This document shows positions 16,988 to 25,245 of a stretch of 33,151 nt of DNA, piece after piece. The notes beneath the pieces are model-generated. The model was given only the letters and a program-made list of their open reading frames with translations, was not told the DNA's origin and ran no database searches. Both the position numbers and the translations under genes were made by a program. Source of the DNA: an uncultured euryarchaeote. Its GTDB lineage: Archaea > Thermoplasmatota > Poseidoniia > Poseidoniales > Poseidoniaceae. How positions within the stretch are numbered: the first letter of the stretch is position 1; the number at the start of each line of letters is the position of its first letter. The stretch lies in the NCBI GenBank assembly GCA_937899865.1, contig CALBRH010000011.1:1-33151 (forward strand). Direction: 5' to 3'.

Positions 16988-19363
16988 TTACAATTTCTTT
17001 ATTTTCCCTGGTGCAAATGCTGAAAATAATATGACAACTAATGCTATAACTACAAGAGTAATTATCCATAAGGTACTAGTTGAAATTAGTGATTTAGATG
17101 ATGTTTCATATGAATTAGCTTCCAATACTTCGATTGAAATTGTTTCAATATTATTTGATTCATCACTTTCCAAAATCTCGTTAACCCTATCTAATTCAAC
17201 AGTAAGGGATTTTGTCCCAGAATCTGTCTGCTTCCAATCACAAGTCACTACTCCAAGTTCTCCAGATTTAAGCATCACAATTGACTTAATTCCAATTAAT
17301 GTATCCCCAGATTGACACCTTACGGATATTAATGAAGCATCGCTATTGCCTGAATTTCTTACATAGACTCTGACTGGAACTACATCTCCTTCAATAATCT
17401 TTGATGAATCTACTACAATATCTTCAATGTAAAGTTCAGCAAGTGTAAGTACTTCTAGAACTAAAGTTTGGTTAACGCATGAGTTTTGATCACAAACAGT
17501 CACTACTATCGGAGTTGATGAGGAAGTAGTTGGTGGTGAAACTGTAATTGTTGAAGTTGACAAATCAACAACCGCCCAAGATTTATCGGTTATGACTGTA
17601 AGACCAGTTGAATCAATATCAAAGTAGGAAAATTGTATAGTTGTTGAAACACCAGATTCTACCGGAACAATTGATGGAAATTCATCCATTTGCGGCTTGT
17701 CATCAACTTCTTCAACGTAAACAATAAAAGTTTCAGTCCACATATTTGCAGACTCATCTCTAACATCAACTGTAACTGTTGTCACTCCAAACTGTTCAGG
17801 CATCAAAACTAATTTGATATCATCTTGTACCATAGTAGCGCTCAACAATGAATCGTCAGCAACTGTAAATGATACTGAGAGATTTTCTGAATTTGTTCTA
17901 TCATCAACACATCTATCGAGGAATGGTATCAAAATTCCCAACCCATCTTCGACAAAGTACTGTGGACCAATAGTCTGGCAGACTGGATCTTCGTCCCATT
18001 CAACTTCAAAACCGCCAGATACTGCCATCGAAGTAATCTCAAGCAAAGTAGTGCTCTGTTCACCGGATGAATCCCAATTAAACCATGCCTGCAACTTTAT
18101 TGTCAAATCGTTGACCCCAGAATCTAAGAATTGGCCGATTGAAACACTTACACTAAATGTGGTTAATTGATTAATCAGTTGATAAGAGGCTTCTTCGCCA
18201 TTTACAAATACCTTCCAACGTGAATAATCTGTTGCAAGTCCATCTAGCGAACCAAAGACTCTACCATCTATTACAAGCGTGGGATCATTATAATCTAATT
18301 TAATCGAAGATATGCATGCATCTGATGATTTCACTCTAACTCTAATGATTTCACTATCGATTAAATCATTGCTACTTACAGAAACATAATCAGTAAAATC
18401 AATTCCATTAACCGATTCTGATACTTCAATTAGATAATTGCCACTGCTATCGACTTGAAAATGAATACGACCAAAATTTTGACCTGGTTGAGATGTCAAT
18501 ATTTCACTTGTCCAAACTCCTTCTACTCCTTGATTTACTGGAGAAAGACCACAATTAGAGATTTGCAAATTATCAAAATATCCTGCTTCAAAATTGAGTG
18601 GAAGTATTGGCATATCAAAACCTTGTGAAGTAGATTCTACAGATGCCCATTCGGTACCATACCATGGATATTCAACTATCACTGAAAAACCAACAGCATC
18701 GACATCCAACTGTGTATCATCAGTAGAACCAAGAGACACGTAATCTAATGTAACAATTAGATTTTGTAAATCGCTCCAGCTCCAGTCTGCTTTATCAGTT
18801 ATATTTTCAGACCATATTGTCCCATTCATGTAGTCAATTGCGTTTTGAGTATTTACATAGGTGACTAACTCATGATAATCGCCACCATTATTCATGGAAA
18901 ACCTAACTTGGTCTTGTAATAATGCACCAGGAATGTGAAATGCCACTAGGATATTCACAGCAATTATTTCATATTGATCATAAGATGTTGTGTCAAAATC
19001 TGTTACTTCAATCACAGGCCCTCTAGTGTAAGTATAACTCAAATCAGGTGCGCCATTGACATTCTGAGAATTAGTTGGTGAAGTTTGGGACCAAAATTTT
19101 ACTGGTTGCAGATTTGCTGGTCGTGAATGTTCAAATGTGATACGATCATCTTCTACCATTGATACAGTATAATCAGCATTATCCTGCGTAAAAGTAATCT
19201 TATTATCGAGATACCAGGTACTATCAGATGAGATTTCACCTTGAGGAAAAATATCTACATCATTAGTTGAATGAACACTCCTAGCCACAGCATTCATACT
19301 AGTTGAGCACAACAAAATTGACAAAATTATCAACACTTGAATTCTATTAGTCATGCTTCGCAT
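16988..19363 (-). CDS. Large membrane-anchored surface protein (signal peptide, cadherin/Ig-like repeats, CARDB, C-terminal TM)
   Basis: Hydrophobic N-terminus. EDPV...VED...PEQFGVTTVTVDVRD...VEEVDDKP cadherin-like repeat. RVYVRNSG...ELDRVNEILESDESNN CARDB motif. TM followed by KIKKL. Confidence 0.8.
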   Translation of the reverse strand: MRSMTNRIQVLIILSILLCSTSMNAVARSVHSTNDVDIFPQGEISSDSTWYLDNKITFTQDNADYTVSMVEDDRITFEHSRPANLQPVKFWSQTSPTNSQNVNGAPDLSYTYTRGPVIEVTDFDTTSYDQYEIIAVNILVAFHIPGALLQDQVRFSMNNGGDYHELVTYVNTQNAIDYMNGTIWSENITDKADWSWSDLQNLIVTLDYVSLGSTDDTQLDVDAVGFSVIVEYPWYGTEWASVESTSQGFDMPILPLNFEAGYFDNLQISNCGLSPVNQGVEGVWTSEILTSQPGQNFGRIHFQVDSSGNYLIEVSESVNGIDFTDYVSVSSNDLIDSEIIRVRVKSSDACISSIKLDYNDPTLVIDGRVFGSLDGLATDYSRWKVFVNGEEASYQLINQLTTFSVSVSIGQFLDSGVNDLTIKLQAWFNWDSSGEQSTTLLEITSMAVSGGFEVEWDEDPVCQTIGPQYFVEDGLGILIPFLDRCVDDRTNSENLSVSFTVADDSLLSATMVQDDIKLVLMPEQFGVTTVTVDVRDESANMWTETFIVYVEEVDDKPQMDEFPSIVPVESGVSTTIQFSYFDIDSTGLTVITDKSWAVVDLSTSTITVSPPTTSSSTPIVVTVCDQNSCVNQTLVLEVLTLAELYIEDIVVDSSKIIEGDVVPVRVYVRNSGNSDASLISVRCQSGDTLIGIKSIVMLKSGELGVVTCDWKQTDSGTKSLTVELDRVNEILESDESNNIETISIEVLEANSYETSSKSLISTSTLWIITLVVIALVVILFSAFAPGKIKKL

Positions 19364-19491
19364 GAATAGTGGTAGTGGCGATGTACTAAAGAAATAAAGG
19401 GTGAATAGTTCAACAAATGTTTAATTTAAGATTGTTAATTAAGAATCGGATTATTGAAATACCACACAATTTACGACGAACTACTCTAGAT

Positions 19492-19567
19492 GGCTGTGGT
19501 GGTGTAGGGGTTAGCACGGGGGATTGTGGTTCCCCCAGCCCGGGTTCAATTCCCGGCCACGGCCCCA
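19492..19567 (+). tRNA. tRNA-His (GUG) with genome-encoded G-1 and CCA
   Basis: G GCTGTGG TG GTGT AGGGGTT AGCAC G GGGGA TTGTGGT TCCCC CAGC CCGGG TTCAATT CCCGG CCACGGC C CCA. Anticodon GTG at 19526-19528. Confidence 0.97.
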
Positions 19568-19568
19568 T

Positions 19569-20201
19569 TTAATCTTCAAGTTCATTTTTATCTATTGAAT
19601 GGCCCATACGTTCTACCTTGGTTTCTAGATACGCTCTATTTGATTCGCCAACACCCACTACAAGTGTTTCTCTATTAACAACATCAATACCATATGATCT
19701 CAATTGTTCAATTTTGTTTGGATTATTAGTCAAAAGTGTAACCTTTTCAATTTCCAAACTTTTTAGCATGTTAGCAGCAATTTGGTAATCTCTAGCATCA
19801 CCTGGATAGCCAAGCATAAGATTTGCATCTAAAGTGTCCGCACCCTTATCTTGGAGATGATATGCTTGAATTTTAGCGTGAAGGCCAATTCCTCTACCTT
19901 CTTGTCTTAGGTATAATAGGCATCCCCAGCCCTTATCCCTAATAGCATCTAAAGCAGCATGTAATTGTGGTCCACAATCACATCTAAGGCTACCGAAAGC
20001 ATCGCCAGTTAAACATTCAGAATGTACTCTAATTAGAACAGGATCTGGCCCTTGCATGTCTCCAAGTGTCAAGGCGACGTGATCAAAACCTGTAGATTTT
20101 TCATGAAAAACTCTAATCATAAATTCACCAAATGTGGTAGGAAGTTTAGCCCTACTTGGAATATCGGAATGATTTTCAGTTATTTCCTTTACATCAGTCA
20201 T
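19569..20201 (-). CDS. ribA: GTP cyclohydrolase II
   Basis: RVHSECLTGD..GSLRCDCG (three Zn-binding Cys), RQEGRGIGL, D.R.Y, LLTNNP.K. Confidence 0.95.
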   Translation of the reverse strand: MTDVKEITENHSDIPSRAKLPTTFGEFMIRVFHEKSTGFDHVALTLGDMQGPDPVLIRVHSECLTGDAFGSLRCDCGPQLHAALDAIRDKGWGCLLYLRQEGRGIGLHAKIQAYHLQDKGADTLDANLMLGYPGDARDYQIAANMLKSLEIEKVTLLTNNPNKIEQLRSYGIDVVNRETLVVGVGESNRAYLETKVERMGHSIDKNELED

Positions 20202-20449
20202 TTTTTCACCTCTATTATGAAAAAATATTCACCAGATTCATGAACTACTTCTCTTAGCAAATGTTCTGTTCGCCCCAAATACATTGGAATATCATGTAAA
20301 GTCTCTGGATCATCAGATTTTACACCAATTATATCCCCTGTTGAAAGTGATTGTAGGGCTTTTTTTGTCTCATTTAAGGGTACAGGGCAATAAAATCCCA
20401 ATACATCAAGATGATGAGTTAGTTTATGTTGTAATCCATCACTAGTCAT
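20198..20449 (-). CDS. tusA: TusA/SirA-family sulfur carrier protein
   Basis: LDVLGFYCPVP (CPxP), SDDPET..DIP. Stop overlaps the ribA start (ATGA). Confidence 0.88.
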   Translation of the reverse strand: MTSDGLQHKLTHHLDVLGFYCPVPLNETKKALQSLSTGDIIGVKSDDPETLHDIPMYLGRTEHLLREVVHESGEYFFIIEVKK

Positions 20450-20550
20450 TGTCGTATCAAACTACTCAAAAGGTATTGATATACAAACAATCCGATTTAC
20501 AAATATTGAGTATACCGCATATTCATGTGTATTGACCCTCACGGAGTATC

Positions 20551-21513
20551 ATGACCAAGACCTCTTCTAGAGCTGTTAAGTCTCAAGATATGTCTTGGGG
20601 TGAAGTGCTAGAATTATCAAAGTCTTATCTCAAAATCCCTCTAGCATTATTGTTTATTGAGGCGATATACTGGTTTATCACACAACCCTCTAACACACTT
20701 GTACCAATTCAAATCAGTGAAGCGTGGATATGGAGTGAATTAACTAATCTAATTTATGGCGAGGGTACAGCAACACTGACAACAAATAATGGCTGGATGA
20801 TTCAAGTAAACTTGCATAATGATATTTTTCCAGGATTTACAGACACAGTAGCATTGTATGTTTCTGATGAATGTGCTGGAGTACATGAAATGTTATTCAT
20901 ATCAACATTGATAATTATGACTGATGGAGTTTCGCAAAAAGTGAAACTTCGCTCTATTGCTGTAATGTGTGGAATAGTATATGTCCTCAATATAGTAAGG
21001 CTTGTAGCATTCTATCCAATTGCTGTTGACTCTTGCTCACTTGACCCTAACAATCCAAGTTGTCTTAATCCTGTTTGGCAATATCACGAAGCAATTTACA
21101 ACTGGGGATTCTTGTTAGTATTGGTAGTAATGTGGTTGATTTGGTTCTTGAAAGTTAGAGGAACTTCAACATCGATTGATTCAAGTTCTGAAAAATACCA
21201 CATTTCTTTTAGAAAATCTTGGAGTAAAGTTCACTATGCAATCTTAGGATTTGTGTTGTTAATGTTAATCTCATCTGCATACTCTGTAACTAATAATGAG
21301 GAAGCAATGCAAGCAAAAGAAACTTTAGACTTCTGTTCTTTTTCTAGTATTTCTACTAATCAATGTATGGCAGCGCAAAATACATGGAATAATGCAATCA
21401 ATACCGCATGGTCAATGGCGTTTATTGGACTACTGATCGCTGCAGGAGTAGCGATTAAAATTGATAAGCGTGATACATCAAGCAAAGAAAGTGCTTTGTC
21501 TGAATCAGAGTAA
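20551..21513 (+). CDS. Archaeosortase/exosortase family membrane transpeptidase with a C-terminal two-TM extension
   Basis: Multi-TM protein with VSDECAG (Cys), LNIVRL (Arg) and YHE (His) in the exosortase order and spacing. Confidence 0.78.
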   Translation: MTKTSSRAVKSQDMSWGEVLELSKSYLKIPLALLFIEAIYWFITQPSNTLVPIQISEAWIWSELTNLIYGEGTATLTTNNGWMIQVNLHNDIFPGFTDTVALYVSDECAGVHEMLFISTLIIMTDGVSQKVKLRSIAVMCGIVYVLNIVRLVAFYPIAVDSCSLDPNNPSCLNPVWQYHEAIYNWGFLLVLVVMWLIWFLKVRGTSTSIDSSSEKYHISFRKSWSKVHYAILGFVLLMLISSAYSVTNNEEAMQAKETLDFCSFSSISTNQCMAAQNTWNNAINTAWSMAFIGLLIAAGVAIKIDKRDTSSKESALSESE

Positions 21514-22929
21514 TCATACTTGAGCTGACATCTTAAGTCCGTCAAGTTCATACTTTTCAATCGCTTTCAATGCTAGTGAGACTTTCGATGAATGAACATT
21601 TACCAATGCATAATCATCCTCGAATTCGATCTGTCCAATTGCTAATTCATCGCAGCGCATTTTTTCTGCAAGCCATTGAGAGATAATTCTGCCAGACAAA
21701 TTAATTCCTGTATCTGATGTCAGTTTAATCGGTACAAATCCGAACACATCTGCTGATTCCATGAAATCATCTTTGTAAGATATCAAATCCTTTTGTACGC
21801 CTTCAGGTAAATTTGGAACATCTGTTGACAATATATCTAATCCGTATGTAGCAATAATTCGTGACAATTGGCCTGCATCATTCTTAGAAACCAAACTCCA
21901 TGCTTGGCCTTCTCTACCAATTCTACCAGTTCTACCAATTCGATGGATAAAACTGTCCATGTCATCTGGAATGTCATAGTTCACTACCAAAGTAATACCA
22001 TCTACATCAATCCCTCTTGCCGCAACATCGGTGGCAATAATAGTTTTAATTTCACCACTCTTAAACAAATTCAAAATCTTCTCACGCTGATTTTGTGACA
22101 AATCACCATGAAGACCATTTACTTCGATTCCGGTTCTAGATAGCTTTTGAACCGCAAGATCGACCATCCTTTTTGTATTGCAGAAAACAATTGTTTGATC
22201 TTCTTCACTAGTATTTGCTAAAAGCCTTGACAAAGCCCATAATTTGTTTGCTCTTCCAACATTAATACTGTACATCTTAATTGGAGGAATATCTAATTCT
22301 TCCGTGTTTGTTAGGACAAATTCCGGTTCATGCATAAATTCGTATGCTGCGTCAAGAATCTCTTGTGGGAACGTTGCAGAGAATAACAGAGTTTGTTCTC
22401 TAGATGACATTCTCTCAATGACCCATGTGATATCAGGGAAAAATCCCATGTCAAGCATTCTATCAGCTTCATCAAGACAAAAGATTGTAGGACTTGATAA
22501 ATCAATAAAATCACGCTTTGTCATATCCATTACTCTACCAGGAGTACCAACAATAATATCAACACCATTGCCTAATTGACGTGCTTGCTTTTCCAAATCA
22601 GTACCACCATATACAGTAGCAATTTCAAGTCCCAAATCACCCTGAATACTGTTCATTTCAACTGAAACTTGATTTGCTAACTCTCTAGTTGGTGCTAGAA
22701 TCAATGCTTGAAGTTTACCAGTTGGCTGACATGCCTCAATTATTGGAATGCCAAATGCCCCTGTTTTACCAGAACCTGTCCTTGCTTGTCCAATAACATC
22801 ATGGCCAGCAAGAGCAATCGGTATAGTGTCTCTTTGAACTGTAGTTGTTTGTTCCCATCCAAGGCTTTTAACGCCTTTCAAGGTCGATTTTTTTAACTCC
22901 CAATTATCGAATCTTTGATTTGTGAACAT
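21514..22929 (-). CDS. DEAD-box RNA helicase with a DbpA-like C-terminal RNA-binding domain
   Basis: ARTGSGKT, PTRELA, TPGR, DEAD, SAT, ATDVAARGID, HRIGRTGR, and C-terminal IGQIEFEDDYALVNV. Confidence 0.95.
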   Translation of the reverse strand: MFTNQRFDNWELKKSTLKGVKSLGWEQTTTVQRDTIPIALAGHDVIGQARTGSGKTGAFGIPIIEACQPTGKLQALILAPTRELANQVSVEMNSIQGDLGLEIATVYGGTDLEKQARQLGNGVDIIVGTPGRVMDMTKRDFIDLSSPTIFCLDEADRMLDMGFFPDITWVIERMSSREQTLLFSATFPQEILDAAYEFMHEPEFVLTNTEELDIPPIKMYSINVGRANKLWALSRLLANTSEEDQTIVFCNTKRMVDLAVQKLSRTGIEVNGLHGDLSQNQREKILNLFKSGEIKTIIATDVAARGIDVDGITLVVNYDIPDDMDSFIHRIGRTGRIGREGQAWSLVSKNDAGQLSRIIATYGLDILSTDVPNLPEGVQKDLISYKDDFMESADVFGFVPIKLTSDTGINLSGRIISQWLAEKMRCDELAIGQIEFEDDYALVNVHSSKVSLALKAIEKYELDGLKMSAQV

Positions 22930-22933
22930 TCTT

Positions 22934-22980
22934 TCACCTCCGCCCTAAGTACACAATAGGTCACCGGGCGTTGGTGACCT
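22934..22980 (-). promoter_or_regulatory. 5' leader hairpin, possible pseudoknot, plus SD of the DEAD-box helicase
   Basis: 8-bp perfect stem (22958-22965 with 22973-22980). The loop is complementary to 22941-22945, next to SD GGAGGTGA at 22934-22941. Confidence 0.5.
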
Positions 22981-22989
22981 CACATCAAT

Positions 22990-23205
22990 TTAGAAATTGT
23001 CTTGCTCAGCGATTTCCTGTTGTAAAATACCCATCCAATATTTGCGGGCATTTTCTCTGTTCAGTGGTCTACGAGTTTGACGTACATGCTCTAAAATATA
23101 TTGTCTAAACTTCAAAGCCTTGTTCCTGTTAACTCCTTTTGGAGTAATTCCATCCCAAAGTCTGTCAAATTGTTCAGCCTTATCATTGAACTGTGCGTCA
23201 CTCAT
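22990..23205 (-). CDS. Small hypothetical protein (71 aa)
   Basis: Clean ORF with GGTGA SD and helical amphipathic composition. No family recognised. Confidence 0.8.
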   Translation of the reverse strand: MSDAQFNDKAEQFDRLWDGITPKGVNRNKALKFRQYILEHVRQTRRPLNRENARKYWMGILQQEIAEQDNF

Positions 23206-23274
23206 AACTTCACCATAAGCAGGTTGGCCAACGACGGCCCCTTCTTAACAATGCCGACATAAAAATACATTCAT

Positions 23275-24564
23275 TCAGTACTCATCATCGTCATATCCCA
23301 TCATATCATCTTGAGATACACTACGATACAAATCAGTGACTTTCTTCTGCTTCAGTGGTTGTTTTTTCTCCTCTGAATCATCATCTTGATTTGGCTTATT
23401 TGGCATTATTGGCTCTAATCCAATGCTTTTACCTGCTGCTTCAGCTACCTCTCGATCTAATTTGGGCACTGCAGGAGCAGGGGCAAGAAAACGATTCTTT
23501 TGGGCTTCGGAACCTTCTATAGAATCATCAGTAGCATAATCTGTCAAGGATTTGATCAATTGTTTATCAGTCTCAGATTTCAACAAGTCAATTGCGATTC
23601 CTCTTAGCACTTCTTCGCCATAAAGTATTGGCAACATATCAATACACGCACGACGAACTGCATTATCCTTAGAAGAAGCACCCTTTAGAATCAATTCTCT
23701 AGCTCTGCCACTATCTTTGTCAAGTGAACGTATGGTCTTTACAGCACTAATTCTTACTTGAGAATCACTATCAGCCAATGCTCTTTCGGAGAAAATTGTC
23801 GCTATCCTAGTATCAATTTTTGCTAACCTTGGCAAAGTCTTAGCAGCAGCACGACGAACCCTTGGGTCATCATCATTCAATGCCCATGAAACTAAATCCC
23901 ATCCAATGTGGCCTGCTTTAACTAATACCTTTCCTAATAACTTAGCACCCTTTAGCCTTAAATTCGCATCTGCTTCCAAAAATAATTCATCTATATGGTC
24001 GCAAGCAACCTCTGGCCATGCCTCACAAAGTAATTCTAAACCTTTGAAAGCAAATTTGCTCCTATTTGGCTCGAATGAACGTAACTCATTATGAATAATA
24101 ATATCAACACCTGATGGAAACACTGGTGCTGAAATTGAAAGTGCCTCGCTAGCTGCTTGACGGACTGATAAATCGTCATCATCAAGTAATACAGAAAGCC
24201 AATCGAATAGTTCATCAGATTTTTGAGTTGCAACCTCTGGAAGTGCTTTGAGAGCAGAGACTCGTACACTTGCCTTGTCATTCTCAAGAGCCATTAACAA
24301 ACTCTTGTGAGCTTCTATAGCCTTTGAACCTTTTATTCTTGTCAAACCAAGAATACCATCTTCTCTGCTCAAATTGTAACTCTTAGAACGCCATGAAACT
24401 TGATAACCTGGAATTTCACCATTAGCTAACGGAATAATATCCAAATCATTAATGGCCAACCAAGGCCCTTCTAAAGTTTCAATAAACTGCTTTTTTGACT
24501 TGGATTTTGTAACATTGAGTGGTTTGCCAGTTCTAGGGTCTCTAGCAATATATTCTCTACTCAT
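23275..24564 (-). CDS. HEAT-repeat (alpha-solenoid) protein
   Basis: Repeated L.D....VR..A...L units (LENDKASVRVSALKAL, LDDDDLSVRQAASEAL, LNDDDPRVRRAAAKTL, LADSDSQVRISAVKTI, SSKDNAVRRACIDML) and an acidic tail. Confidence 0.88.
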   Translation of the reverse strand: MSREYIARDPRTGKPLNVTKSKSKKQFIETLEGPWLAINDLDIIPLANGEIPGYQVSWRSKSYNLSREDGILGLTRIKGSKAIEAHKSLLMALENDKASVRVSALKALPEVATQKSDELFDWLSVLLDDDDLSVRQAASEALSISAPVFPSGVDIIIHNELRSFEPNRSKFAFKGLELLCEAWPEVACDHIDELFLEADANLRLKGAKLLGKVLVKAGHIGWDLVSWALNDDDPRVRRAAAKTLPRLAKIDTRIATIFSERALADSDSQVRISAVKTIRSLDKDSGRARELILKGASSKDNAVRRACIDMLPILYGEEVLRGIAIDLLKSETDKQLIKSLTDYATDDSIEGSEAQKNRFLAPAPAVPKLDREVAEAAGKSIGLEPIMPNKPNQDDDSEEKKQPLKQKKVTDLYRSVSQDDMMGYDDDEY

Positions 24565-24672
24565 TACTAATCCCCCAATAAGCCGCGCAAGAAGCGCAAA
24601 GCAATGAACCTGTTGATTAAAATAAATTGATTAAACAATTAGATTCAAAAGAATAACTCTCCTCTCAAATAC

Positions 24673-25245
24673 ATGACGGATGAAAACTTTGATGATGTTC
24701 GTCGTGTAATTTCTTTGTGTTTTAGAGGCCTTGATAGTATTTCAGATCTTGATTTAGAACGAATACTATCATTTGACATGGAGTGGTTGTCTCCTGAAGA
24801 GGCTGAAACAGCAGTCAGTAATTTCATTGACAAGGGGTGGCTTACTGGAAGTAGAGACAAACTTTCACCAGCATTTGACACCAAGAGCGTTACAACACCC
24901 ATAGGTTGGTTTCCAAGACCTTCTAGATTACTCCACCCAGTTGACTTTGGAAAACAGGAAACTGTTGAAGAACCACAAATACCCTCGAATGATTCGAAGA
25001 TTGTGCCTGCTAAGCAACAAAATGACATCAAACCTGCCAGTAATCTTGACCCTAGAGAAAAGCTTGCTAATAGATTAAAGAAATATATTGCTAGACAAGC
25101 TAAGATACCAATTGATGAGATAGAACGCAGAACAGAACGTAAACAAAAAGCATTGAATTACGCATCAAATTGGCTATGTTTAGCATTGATTGCAAGAGAG
25201 CAAAATCTTGAGATGGAACAAATTATTACTGCTTTATCAAGCTAA
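24673..25245 (+). CDS. DUF2240-like conserved archaeal protein
   Basis: LSFDMEWLSPEEA......I..GWL......L.P.FD...V..P.GW.P pattern, recalled for DUF2240. Confidence 0.72.
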   Translation: MTDENFDDVRRVISLCFRGLDSISDLDLERILSFDMEWLSPEEAETAVSNFIDKGWLTGSRDKLSPAFDTKSVTTPIGWFPRPSRLLHPVDFGKQETVEEPQIPSNDSKIVPAKQQNDIKPASNLDPREKLANRLKKYIARQAKIPIDEIERRTERKQKALNYASNWLCLALIAREQNLEMEQIITALSS

